From positions 160,001-224,000 of the IMG/VR virus record IMGVR_UViG_3300037467_003067: DNA of 64,000 nt, one strand, 5' to 3'. Positions 20,137 to 29,146 of the stretch are shown here, piece after piece. Below the pieces are notes generated by a model, which had not been told where the DNA came from, did no database searches, and was given only the letters and a program-made list of their open reading frames with translations. Each line of letters begins with the position of its first letter. Position 1 is the first letter of the stretch. The position numbers and the translations under genes are program-made. This DNA is from a virus (Duplodnaviria > Caudoviricetes).

Positions 20137-21240
20137 ATGTCTGATGAAACTTTTCGTCCCGAAAGGCGACGACCCACTCGCGACCTTTTCGCCGACAAGG
20201 ACCCCGGATTGGCTTGGGAAGAGCCGGAAGCTCCGACCAATGTCGATCCCGTACAGCATTCCGAAGCTGTTCAACCGGCAACCCCGGCAACCCCGGCGAC
20301 CCCGCCCGGCGTTGAAATTCGCGGCAATGTACCACCTCAATTTGCTGCCATGCTGAAGGGGGAAAACACCCGACGTGAAACTTCGCCGCAGCGACCTGCC
20401 CCGAGGCCGCAGTCCTTCGGGACGAGCGCGAGCCAGGGTGCCAACAACGAGCACATCGAGTCGCTGTTCCGTCGCCTGACTGCCAAGACTCACCACTATG
20501 ACGAGGTTCTCCTGCCCTCCAAGGGACGATTCTACAATGGCACGGACGGTCCCACGGACGGCATCATCTACATCCGACCGATGACCGGCGAAGAAGAGCA
20601 GATACTTGCTACTCCCCGCTACGTGAAGCGAGGCAAGGCGATCGACATGATCTTTGAAGATTGCATCCAGAACAAGATCACGGCGAGCAAGCTCCTGAGC
20701 GTCGACCGGACCTACCTGCTGATCTACCTTCGCGGGATCTCTTATACCCCGATCTACGAGGTTGAGGTCAAGTGCCCCGAGTGTTCACACAAGCATCCAG
20801 CACAAATTAATCTTGACGAACTTACGGTCGAGCATTGCCCCGATGACTTCGGATACGATAGCCTCGAAGGAGTCCTTCCGGTTTCCGAATTCAAGTTCTC
20901 CTACCGACTGGCATGCGGCGCGGACGATGCCGAAATCAGCCAGTATCGCGAACGTCGATCCAAGGCGTGGGGAGACCAAACCCGAGACGACACGCTCCAT
21001 TATCGAACCGCGTTGTTGCTGAATGAGGTTGAGGGCGTTACGGACAAGGGACAGATTCAGCAGCTTGCCAAGCGGCTCCCAATCAATGACGTGGCTCACA
21101 TCCGCAATTTGGTCAATAACCCCCCGTTCGGCGTGGACACGAAAATCGAGATGATCTGTCCTGCGTGTTTCGCGGAATACTCGGTTGAACTGCCGATGGA
21201 GACGGGTTTTTTCTTCCCGAGTCGGAAGACGTCGAGCTAA
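20137..21240 (+). CDS. Baseplate hub/tail assembly chaperone (T4 gp26-like)
   Basis: LPSKGRFY, IRPMTGEEEQIL, DRTYLLIYLRGIS, two CPxC motifs, C-terminal GFFFP. Confidence 0.8.
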   Translation: MSDETFRPERRRPTRDLFADKDPGLAWEEPEAPTNVDPVQHSEAVQPATPATPATPPGVEIRGNVPPQFAAMLKGENTRRETSPQRPAPRPQSFGTSASQGANNEHIESLFRRLTAKTHHYDEVLLPSKGRFYNGTDGPTDGIIYIRPMTGEEEQILATPRYVKRGKAIDMIFEDCIQNKITASKLLSVDRTYLLIYLRGISYTPIYEVEVKCPECSHKHPAQINLDELTVEHCPDDFGYDSLEGVLPVSEFKFSYRLACGADDAEISQYRERRSKAWGDQTRDDTLHYRTALLLNEVEGVTDKGQIQQLAKRLPINDVAHIRNLVNNPPFGVDTKIEMICPACFAEYSVELPMETGFFFPSRKTSS

Positions 21241-21266
21241 ACTGTATTGATTTGTGGAAAAATCTC

Positions 21267-21425
21267 ATGGAAGAGATTTTCCTGTTCCAGTATCATTTAA
21301 GAATGAGTAGATTTGATAGCATGACATTGCCCGTTTACGAACGTAAGTGGATCATCCAAAGGTTCATTAGTCAAAAAGAGAAGGAAAACGACGCAATGGA
21401 GAAGGCTAAGAAGAAAGCGAAGTGA
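21267..21425 (+). CDS. gp51-like small hub assembly ORF; probable -1 frameshift extension of upstream gene
   Basis: MEEIFLFQYHLRMSRFDSMTLPVYERKWIIQRF; frame open back to slippery GGGTTTTTTC at 21204-21213. Confidence 0.75.
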   Translation: MEEIFLFQYHLRMSRFDSMTLPVYERKWIIQRFISQKEKENDAMEKAKKKAK

Positions 21426-21426
21426 A

Positions 21427-21606
21427 ATGGTCAATAATTTTTGGGTTGATAAGCGTCGAGAGCGAGAGTTGATGAAGTACCGCGAGGAAATCGCCAAGCA
21501 TTTCAAGATCACGGTCAGTGAGTTTCTGGGCATGGGGAAGATCGAGCGGTACGAACTACTGGAAGAATACCTCAGGAAATCCAATTCCAAGAAGAAGGGG
21601 AAGTAA
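21427..21606 (+). CDS. Small hypothetical protein (59 aa, not in ORF track)
   Basis: MVNNFWVDKRR...KKKGK* fills the gap exactly. Confidence 0.55.
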   Translation: MVNNFWVDKRRERELMKYREEIAKHFKITVSEFLGMGKIERYELLEEYLRKSNSKKKGK

Positions 21607-22341
21607 GTGAAGGAGAGGCATCAGAACCCAACCATCGGCGATACGGTACGGCTGAGGCTGTTCGTCTACAACTCGAACAACCTCGCCGACCTCGTCAGCG
21701 TCGATTCTATCAATCTCTACGTTTGCGATCCGACCGCAGCGACCATGGAAAATCCCGAGGGAAAGACCTTGGTCGCCGAACTCGATCCAGCCAATGTTGT
21801 CCATGAAAGCACTGGAACGTATTACATTGATGTATTACTTGAGAATCCTCAATTCACTCTGGGCAAGTACACGGACGAATGGACCATCACGGTCGATTCC
21901 AACATCCCCGCTCAGGTGGTCCAGAATGAATTCAGGGTCTATCCACAGTTGTGGTATACCACACCAGTACCGGTTGTCTATGATTTTTCTTTCGACTTTC
22001 AACCGAACAAGATTCGCAAGGGGTCGAAACAATACCTGCGAATCCGCGTGACGCCCAATGTGCCTCGCGCCACCGACCTCGCCCGCTACTACGAAAACCT
22101 CGCAATCGTGGGCGACGTCAAGGTGTCGATCGAGCAGAAGTGTGGTCCGTGTGTCCCCGCCGAGCGTGACCTCAGACTCATCGTCGATGAGGAATCCGTC
22201 TGTTACAAAGAGAAGTGCTACGGTTATTTTTTGTTGGACACAGAGGATATGGACTGTGGCGTCTACGGCATCTGGTTCACCTTGTGCATCGGCGGCAATC
22301 GCTACCTCTCCGATGTGATGAACTTACAGATTTTCGAGTAA
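21607..22341 (+). CDS. Putative virion structural protein (Ig-like/BppU-like)
   Basis: GDTVRLRL, STGTYY, beta-rich; structural context. Confidence 0.55.
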   Translation: MKERHQNPTIGDTVRLRLFVYNSNNLADLVSVDSINLYVCDPTAATMENPEGKTLVAELDPANVVHESTGTYYIDVLLENPQFTLGKYTDEWTITVDSNIPAQVVQNEFRVYPQLWYTTPVPVVYDFSFDFQPNKIRKGSKQYLRIRVTPNVPRATDLARYYENLAIVGDVKVSIEQKCGPCVPAERDLRLIVDEESVCYKEKCYGYFLLDTEDMDCGVYGIWFTLCIGGNRYLSDVMNLQIFE

Positions 22342-22351
22342 GGATGATCGA

Positions 22352-22780
22352 ATGAGCGATGGAAAATTATACGATGAGAAGCTCGCCGAATTAGCGACCA
22401 GTCAATGGCTGAGCGACACTGTCAAGACCGCGACCTCTGATAGATTCATCTTGATGTCGGGAGGTTTCGGCATCCTCAACCCTTGGGTCAAGCGAGCAAG
22501 ATATTCTTTGATGCCCAACAGGAGCATCGATATCCGATGGTATGACATCAAGAGTCCCGATGGGCGGAATCCCCTGAGGGATTACCTGGTTCACATGTTA
22601 AATAGCAACAATTCCGATTCCTTCGTATTGACCAATTACGACGACCTTGGAAGGGAATTCGGAACGATCAGTTTCTACGGGTGTAAGTTGGTCGACCATT
22701 TCGCCGAATTCGACTACTTCGTGTCCGACACACTCTCGCACAAATTGGTCTTTAATTTTGCTGATTTCAAATTTGATTGA
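22352..22780 (+). CDS. Divergent tail-tube-fold protein
   Basis: IDIRWYD...LTNYDDLG...FYGCK...EFDY..SD..HKLVFNF parallels the tube C-terminal pattern. Confidence 0.5.
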   Translation: MSDGKLYDEKLAELATSQWLSDTVKTATSDRFILMSGGFGILNPWVKRARYSLMPNRSIDIRWYDIKSPDGRNPLRDYLVHMLNSNNSDSFVLTNYDDLGREFGTISFYGCKLVDHFAEFDYFVSDTLSHKLVFNFADFKFD

Positions 22781-22900
22781 AGAATTTGTTTGAATTCTTT
22801 AGACGTCTGTGATAATATATTCATGTTAGTTATTCCTCGGGAGGTATGACCAGACTCCCAAACACAAGCTCGACTGAGGATAAGAGTTTTCTTTATTTGG

Positions 22901-23827
22901 TTGCTAGGAAGTATTTCAGTGGGTTATTCTCAACGCTTCGTACTTTGTATTTTAGTTAATGGAGTTCCTCAAAAAGAACTCGCTAATGGCGAATGCCATA
23001 TCCCGTTTAATTCCCAATACAGTATCCGTCTGAGAAATCGCAACAATCGAGCCGCAGCCGTCCAGATATACATCGACGGCGAGAATGTCAGCGGCGAGGG
23101 CTACAAGGTCCCTGCAAACGACAAGGTCGACATCCATCGCTATGCCGAAAAGGACGTAACCTTCAAGTTCGTCGACCTCGAAAGCCCCGACGCCGTAGAA
23201 TACGGCAAGAATGGTCCTAACCCCGACAAGGTTAAGGGAACCATAGAAGCCAGGTTCTATCTTGAAAAAGAGAAACCGACTCCTGCCAAGGTCGAGCATC
23301 ATCACCATCATTATCCCCAACCCTATCCAGTCGACCCGTACGGTCCTTGGAAGTACCCTTATCGTCATCGCCCTTACAGTCATAGGTGTCTTAAACTATA
23401 TGATGATGCTCCTGGGGCAGAATGTAAATCACTAACATCTTTTGATGGAGTGATTAGTACCAATAGTAGCCTTCATGGTTCAAGCACTCCTGTTGAAGAG
23501 CGATGGCATCCACCAACAGCGGATGAAGATACTTGGATTCCAATTCGACCCAAGGAAAGCCACGATTTAGTTCGCGAAGGGGCTACCGTAGAGGGAACGG
23601 TTTCTGGTCAGAGATTCCACAAGGTCACGATGGACCTCGAAGACAGCTACGTCAGCGTCAAGGTCTTCCTGAAGGGTTACGATGCCAAGCCAGCCAAGGT
23701 CGAGGTCGTGGTTCCCCAAGAATCAGTAAACGTGCCGCAGACCCCAGCCAAGTTTTGTACTTCTTGCGGGACTTCAATTCAGCAAGGCAATAAATTTTGT
23801 GGTAATTGCGGCGTGAAGTTAGTATAA
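22901..23827 (+). CDS. Hypothetical protein with C-terminal double Zn ribbon
   Basis: YSIRLRN..R..AVQIYIDG; FCTSCG...FCGNCG; non-ATG start, exact start uncertain. Confidence 0.7.
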   Translation: MLGSISVGYSQRFVLCILVNGVPQKELANGECHIPFNSQYSIRLRNRNNRAAAVQIYIDGENVSGEGYKVPANDKVDIHRYAEKDVTFKFVDLESPDAVEYGKNGPNPDKVKGTIEARFYLEKEKPTPAKVEHHHHHYPQPYPVDPYGPWKYPYRHRPYSHRCLKLYDDAPGAECKSLTSFDGVISTNSSLHGSSTPVEERWHPPTADEDTWIPIRPKESHDLVREGATVEGTVSGQRFHKVTMDLEDSYVSVKVFLKGYDAKPAKVEVVVPQESVNVPQTPAKFCTSCGTSIQQGNKFCGNCGVKLV

Positions 23828-23844
23828 TCAGGATAATGATCCCA

Positions 23845-23874
23845 GACCGCCTGTGGTGATGCAGGCGGTTTTTT
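23845..23874 (+). terminator. Intrinsic terminator
   Basis: GACCGCCTG...CAGGCGGT followed by T-tract. Confidence 0.6.
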
Positions 23875-23892
23875 CGGTCAAGGAGAGATCAA

Positions 23893-24510
23893 TTGAAGAC
23901 ATACCCATCTATCCCCTACTACAAAGACCATATCGGCAAATCATGTATCACCTTCGTGAAATACGACGGCTCAAACTTGCGATTCGAATGGCGCAAGAAA
24001 CGGGGCTGGCACAAGTTCGGAACCAGGAGGCACCTGTTTGATCGAGACCACGCAACCTACGGGGTGGCAGTCGAGATTTTCGAGAACACGCTCGCCGAAC
24101 CCCTGGAACGGATCTTCTGCGATCACAAGGATTACCGGAGCGTCCCCGAGGTGACGGTGTTCGCCGAATTCTTCGGTCCGAACTCCTTCGCTGGCGACCA
24201 CGTGCCTGAAGATCCCAAGGAACTGATCCTTTTCGATGTCAATCCCTTGAAGAAGGGATTCGTCTCGCCCCGAGACTTTGTCAAGCACTTCGGGGATCTT
24301 CGGTATACTGCCGAGGTGTTGTACGAGGGTGACTTGACCGAAGAATTCATTCAAGACGTGATCGACGGGAAGGTGCCAGTCCAGGAAGGCGTGGTTGCCA
24401 AGGGAAATTCTGGACACCAATTATGGAGTTGTAAAATTAAAACCGCGTCTTGGGTGGAACGAGTGAAAGATAAATTCAAGGACAACTGGCAGCAATACCA
24501 CGATCAGTGA
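23893..24510 (+). CDS. ATP-dependent RNA-ligase-like nucleotidyltransferase
   Basis: Motifs KYDGSN (I), AEFFG (III), FDV (IIIa), EGVV (IV), KIK (V). Confidence 0.75.
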   Translation: MKTYPSIPYYKDHIGKSCITFVKYDGSNLRFEWRKKRGWHKFGTRRHLFDRDHATYGVAVEIFENTLAEPLERIFCDHKDYRSVPEVTVFAEFFGPNSFAGDHVPEDPKELILFDVNPLKKGFVSPRDFVKHFGDLRYTAEVLYEGDLTEEFIQDVIDGKVPVQEGVVAKGNSGHQLWSCKIKTASWVERVKDKFKDNWQQYHDQ

Positions 24511-24531
24511 AATAGATTTCAGATGCAATGA

Positions 24532-24576
24532 AAAAACCGGGGCGAAGTGTATTCAAGTACACTTCGCCTCGGTTTC
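24532..24576. terminator. Bidirectional terminator between convergent genes
   Basis: AAACCGGGGCGAAGTGTA...TACACTTCGCCTCGGTTT inverted repeat. Confidence 0.65.
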
Positions 24577-24582
24577 ATTTGG

Positions 24583-24810
24583 TCAACGTCGAGGACCGGA
24601 GATCTTGACTTGGGTTCGGATCGTGTTTCCGTGGCGGTAAGACCGAGTTGAATAAACGCGCATCCGGCCGCCCGAGTAGACGTTAGTGTACGTGCGGGTG
24701 GTAGGACCCATCCGATATACCCGAGTGGTGGAGTGGTACTCCCTCGCCTCGCTGGCGTTGAAGGAAACCATCGCGAGCATCAGAAACGCTAACGGCAGCC
24801 ACTTCTTCAT
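24583..24810 (-). CDS. Small secreted Arg/Thr-rich protein
   Basis: Signal peptide MKKWLPLAFLMLAMVSFNASEA; AGGAG RBS. Confidence 0.65.
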   Translation of the reverse strand: MKKWLPLAFLMLAMVSFNASEAREYHSTTRVYRMGPTTRTYTNVYSGGRMRVYSTRSYRHGNTIRTQVKISGPRR

Positions 24811-24837
24811 AGAAGTCTCCTGTCAAGGTGTGTGTTG

Positions 24838-25000
24838 GTGCGGAAACGCCTTTAGGACGTGGAATGAGAATCTCTACAAGATTGGTCCTCTAACCACTCG
24901 AACCTAGTGTTAAACGCCTCTAGGGCGTAGAGTAAAAAATATTACGTCTTAGATACCAGAAAGACGGGCAATGTGAAATGCCTCAGGGACGTGAATTGCC
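24838..25000. repeat. Three degenerate hairpin-like repeats with 64-68 bp period
   Basis: AAACGCCTTTAGGACGTG (24844), AAACGCCTCTAGGGCGTA (24912), AAATGCCTCAGGGACGTG (24976). Confidence 0.55.
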
Positions 25001-25014
25001 AAAGAACTATGCTA

Positions 25015-25764
25015 TCATTGTAGACTCTGTTGATCCTGTTGTAAACTAGATTCTTCCAATAATTTTTTCGCTCTCTGTTCTCTGTCCGAGATCATCGCGA
25101 AATACTCGGGATTCTTCTCGATCCCTATGTAGTTTCGCCCGGTTCTAATCGCAGCTTCAATCGTAGTCCCTGATCCGGCAAAGGCATCAAGCACTGTGTC
25201 CCCTGGACGTGATGACGATCGCATAATTTTCTCAATCAAAGCCAAGGGCTTTTGGTCTCGGTGACCAAGTCGTTCTTTGCTGAGATGTCCAAGTAACGCC
25301 GGACATTCGATCACGTCGCGCGGTAATGCCCCCTTGGAAGTGTCGTAGGGAGTCGTCGAAGACATCCTGCCAGCAGACGGTCGCATTCGTCCATGTAGCT
25401 TCAGTGTAGATTCTAAGTAAGGTATCCTCGCTGCATCTTCGTCGAAATAAGAATCAGAAGACTTATAGCCATAAATAATAGACTGCATCGCCATCCGCCA
25501 GCGACCCTTGGGCTTAGGGCTGTTCTTGTAATGCCAGACCAAGAAATCCTTGTGCGCAATCTTCAACTTTGAATACCAATGTTCGGCGACGATGCGTTTA
25601 TCACCGAAGATATAGACGCTGCCTGTATCCTTGAGGACGCGGACGAAATGGGCAAAGTGTTCGTCGATATCAATCATCTCGTAGGGAGGATCGGTCAAGA
25701 CGAGGTCGATCGAATTGTCGGGAATAAACGGCAGGATTTCGAGGCAATCTCCATGATGGAGCAT
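25015..25764 (-). CDS. DNA methyltransferase (N6A/N4C, beta class)
   Basis: TDPPY, HRDQKP, VLDAFAGSGT. Confidence 0.93.
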   Translation of the reverse strand: MLHHGDCLEILPFIPDNSIDLVLTDPPYEMIDIDEHFAHFVRVLKDTGSVYIFGDKRIVAEHWYSKLKIAHKDFLVWHYKNSPKPKGRWRMAMQSIIYGYKSSDSYFDEDAARIPYLESTLKLHGRMRPSAGRMSSTTPYDTSKGALPRDVIECPALLGHLSKERLGHRDQKPLALIEKIMRSSSRPGDTVLDAFAGSGTTIEAAIRTGRNYIGIEKNPEYFAMISDREQRAKKLLEESSLQQDQQSLQ

Positions 25765-26087
25765 TATTTTTTACTCCAATTGACGTCAACAGGATACTTA
25801 ACTCCCGTGACATCATGATTATCGATCCAAATATAATTGCCGCCTCGGGGCTTACCCATCAGGAGCGAATGATGCTTGAAACCCCATTGGTCGAGCCACG
25901 TTTTTGTAATCGCCCGCATATCCTCGGTCCGACTCGTGAAGAAGGTCACGATATGACCCGAGTCGTAGAGGTTATTGACGTAATCGACCGCACCATCAAA
26001 CGGAACCACGTGGGGCATCCGTTCCACTTCCTCATTGGGAACGTCTTCGGTCACACAGCCATCAATATCAACAAGGTAATTAGCCAC
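25764..26087 (-). CDS. Small HAD-superfamily phosphatase
   Basis: VDIDG, FTSR, GKPRG..WIDN. Confidence 0.8.
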   Translation of the reverse strand: MANYLVDIDGCVTEDVPNEEVERMPHVVPFDGAVDYVNNLYDSGHIVTFFTSRTEDMRAITKTWLDQWGFKHHSLLMGKPRGGNYIWIDNHDVTGVKYPVDVNWSKK

Positions 26088-26660
26088 TTATTTATCTTCC
26101 TTAAAAAAATACGCATCAGGAGCCTCCAGGAGCCTCTCTAACGCTACGCCAGTCCACTCCCGGTAGATCAGTTGGTAGTCGAAGGTCATGCCCTCTGGGA
26201 GCAAACTGGTGGGTACAAACGCAAGCCATTGTCTCAGGTTACGCTTATAGACCAGCAGCGGTTTCTTGCCACTACGATTGGAATCGGCTGTGACCTGATC
26301 GAAGAATTCGTTTAGCTTGGAGTTTCCCTTCAAAAACAAAGAATGGAAGTCTACTTCTTTTTCATATCCGCACTTCGATTCGATTACAAACCCAAAATTA
26401 TCTGGTCCGACCAAATCCCCCACAAGGCAATCCTTGGCACTCTCTGTAAGTTCAATGCCACGTGCCCAGTAATTTCCTGACCCTGAAGTCCTGCTAAAAG
26501 GCAGACCGTGAAATCGAGCGGAGAGCAACTTGCATAAGTTACGTTCCGCTCGATCACCCTTGTCGCCAGAATTGACTTTCTTCTTTTTTTGCTTCGCTGC
26601 CTCGTGATTGGCGATGAGGTCTTCGATTTCTTGCTCAAATGGATTTGGTTCGTTGCTCAT
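26088..26660 (-). CDS. Holliday junction resolvase-like PD-(D/E)XK nuclease
   Basis: KGDRAER, F.R..GSG, GDL, FVIESK, PLLVYKRN. Confidence 0.8.
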   Translation of the reverse strand: MSNEPNPFEQEIEDLIANHEAAKQKKKKVNSGDKGDRAERNLCKLLSARFHGLPFSRTSGSGNYWARGIELTESAKDCLVGDLVGPDNFGFVIESKCGYEKEVDFHSLFLKGNSKLNEFFDQVTADSNRSGKKPLLVYKRNLRQWLAFVPTSLLPEGMTFDYQLIYREWTGVALERLLEAPDAYFFKEDK

Positions 26661-26717
26661 AGATTAAATGAGCATCAGCGATCCAAAAACTACAAGCATA
26701 GCGATCCGCCGTTGTAT

Positions 26718-28250
26718 TCATACGGCGTCGAGCAGGTGTTGGGTGCCTTTCAGGTCGTCGTAGATCATCCTGAGGGCATCCAGGTTGTTCTGGAAGTCCT
26801 GCGGGGTGATCGACCCTTCGCCTGCCAGGTTGGTTGCGGTGGTTTCGATGTCCGAAACCAACTGCTTGATTTGCCTCACGACGGCTTCGAGACCGACGAG
26901 GTCGAATGCGGAATTGGAGTTCTCACTGTTATCGTTACTGTAGCCCACGGCATGCCTTTCGATTGAGACCAATTGATTGTTCTTGTCGATTTTATATGAC
27001 GTCATCCCTTGATAGGGCGACTCTACCGGGGCGAGTTCAATCAACTCGCCATCCTCGTCATCCCGCAGTGTGTCATCGTGATCATGGTAATCGTCACTAT
27101 CGATGACATAATCGTCATGAGAATTCTGGTCAGTGTAACGGGCTTGATTGCCGTCCCAGGTCAGTTGAGGAGCGTAGTGATACTCCTCATCGATGTGCTC
27201 ATGCCAAGCATCATTGCCGGTCCGATGCTGCTGATGGTGCTTCTTGTTCTTCTTGTGATTATGGCGATTGTTGGGAGTATTCCAGGTCGTTCCCGTAAGC
27301 GGCTCATCGTTGTCGCCCAGACCGGAGACAACCGTGAGCTTCTTGGATGGCGGCAGGATCGGGAAGATGGGTCCTTTTTCGTCCCATGGAGTGAACTCGT
27401 TCTTTCCATCCAGGACGAAACGATAATGCCCGTGACCCTGTCCTTCGACCGTAGGATGATCGTCATCAACCGAGAAATACCACGCTTCTTCGGTAGGTAA
27501 TTCCCTGATAGTGTGCTTGCGACCGCCGAGGATGCTTAACGCTTGGGGACACTCCCTCAAGGCGGCTGCCCATATCTCGGGCGTCGATACGAAGAAGATT
27601 TGCCCCAGATGTTCGCGGGCATCGACTGCCCAGAGCGGACGCTTGCTGTTGTGGAAGAGCCAAAGGTCGCGGCGGCTCCCTTCGTGTCGCTCTCCGATGG
27701 CGACCGCCATGTGGGAATCGTTGACGTGGCTGAATATCTGCCGGATTCCGAGCAAGCTGCTGGTGATGTCTTCGGGAATGTCGATCCCTTCCAACGGGTC
27801 ATCGGGGACTGAAGCCCTCGCTGCCTCGAATATCCTCAAGAGTATCTCGGAATCGCAGTCGGACCGGACGTTGTATCGCTTCTTGAGAAGCGCATATTCC
27901 CAGATTCGACCGTTATGGATGAGACCGACGCTCTTGTCGGTGTTGGTGAAGGGATGGTTGTTCTTATTGTACTTGGCATCGCCGATCCCCACCGAAGACG
28001 CACGGACATGCATCAACAGAAGGTTCGGATTCATGTTCTTCAGGTTTTTCCAAACGTCGCTGTGGACGAATTGGGTTGCCTTGCGAGGCTCCTTGTGGTA
28101 CAAGACCACTCCATCGTCGCCTGCGGTGCAGCCCCAGAATCCCGAAGCATCCGTGCCGCGAATCTCGCTCTTCTCGAACAACTTGGTCGCAAGTTGAAAT
28201 GTGGCACGTGGGTCTTTGCTTTTGCCAATGAATCCGCTTACACCACACAT
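26718..28250 (-). CDS. Class II (Ntn) glutamine amidotransferase domain protein
   Basis: MCG start at 28250 with AGGAG RBS; RGTDASG, HVR, NNHPF, HNG, DCDSE. Confidence 0.88.
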   Translation of the reverse strand: MCGVSGFIGKSKDPRATFQLATKLFEKSEIRGTDASGFWGCTAGDDGVVLYHKEPRKATQFVHSDVWKNLKNMNPNLLLMHVRASSVGIGDAKYNKNNHPFTNTDKSVGLIHNGRIWEYALLKKRYNVRSDCDSEILLRIFEAARASVPDDPLEGIDIPEDITSSLLGIRQIFSHVNDSHMAVAIGERHEGSRRDLWLFHNSKRPLWAVDAREHLGQIFFVSTPEIWAAALRECPQALSILGGRKHTIRELPTEEAWYFSVDDDHPTVEGQGHGHYRFVLDGKNEFTPWDEKGPIFPILPPSKKLTVVSGLGDNDEPLTGTTWNTPNNRHNHKKNKKHHQQHRTGNDAWHEHIDEEYHYAPQLTWDGNQARYTDQNSHDDYVIDSDDYHDHDDTLRDDEDGELIELAPVESPYQGMTSYKIDKNNQLVSIERHAVGYSNDNSENSNSAFDLVGLEAVVRQIKQLVSDIETTATNLAGEGSITPQDFQNNLDALRMIYDDLKGTQHLLDAV

Positions 28251-28311
28251 ATTGACTTCTCCTGTCGTATTTCTGACCATAGATTCCGATTCCATGGTCT
28301 TATCTCAATTC

Positions 28312-28698
28312 TCAGTTATCGTTGCCCACCGTCAGAATGTCGAATTGGATTTCCTCAGGGCGATCACCCCACCACACAAAACTCCACTTGTTCTCGATGG
28401 TTGGAGGTCCTAAGTCTTCGTCTGTGGCTGCAAAGGCACATGCGCCTTCTTTGGGGCGACGGATGGAAAATGGGGGAAGCGATACAGTAGCCACTAAGGC
28501 GTTTTCTTCCGGGAATTCTTCGAGAGCCAGAATGACCCCCATCTTCCGACTATGGTCGACCAGCCAAGGAAAGTTTCGGAGTTCGACCTTATTCATCGGT
28601 CGGATTATAACCCGGTCGCCTATCTTCGGCTTGCGGATCGGGACCTCGGTTTTTGGCTGGAAAAACGCCAGCAACTTCTTCAGAAAGGCAGGCAACAT
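28312..28698 (-). CDS. Hypothetical protein
   Basis: 128-aa ORF. Confidence 0.5.
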   Translation of the reverse strand: MLPAFLKKLLAFFQPKTEVPIRKPKIGDRVIIRPMNKVELRNFPWLVDHSRKMGVILALEEFPEENALVATVSLPPFSIRRPKEGACAFAATDEDLGPPTIENKWSFVWWGDRPEEIQFDILTVGNDN

Positions 28699-28782
28699 TG
28701 AGACGAGTCCAATGGGTTAAAACCCAGGAGAGGAGACCTCTCCCAGGTCGAATCAAAGGATACTTTACCACAGATTGAAGTC

Positions 28783-29145
28783 TTAATCAAGGTCTGCGCC
28801 GACTTGATTCAGGGGAGTGCCGAGCTTTTTAGAGACAACCTGGAGTTCGTAGACAACGCTGTTCAGCGTGGCTGGGAGGTCGCCCTGCTCGTCGATCGCC
28901 TTCATCAAGGCAACCCCAGCCTTCTGAATTTGTTCAAGATAGGGGCGTTGTTGCGCCGACCACCGACTCCTCAGGATTTGCCGGATCTGATTGACGACCT
29001 GTTCGACGAGGCGAGTCAGATGACGGGAACCCATGTTCTGCGAGTCCGAGGCGAGTTCCTGAACGGCGTTGAGGACATCGCCGATTTTAGCACCGAAATA
29101 CTGTGATTCCTCGTTGAGCAAAAAATTCTTGAAATGAATATCCAT
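28783..29145 (-). CDS. Hypothetical helical protein
   Basis: Start MDIHFKNFLLNEE with AAGGA RBS. Confidence 0.65.
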   Translation of the reverse strand: MDIHFKNFLLNEESQYFGAKIGDVLNAVQELASDSQNMGSRHLTRLVEQVVNQIRQILRSRWSAQQRPYLEQIQKAGVALMKAIDEQGDLPATLNSVVYELQVVSKKLGTPLNQVGADLD

Positions 29146-29146
29146 C

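Noticed and set aside
24838-25000. Canonical CRISPR array
   Set aside because: Only three divergent units and no cas genes in the window; kept as a repeat and a hypothesis only
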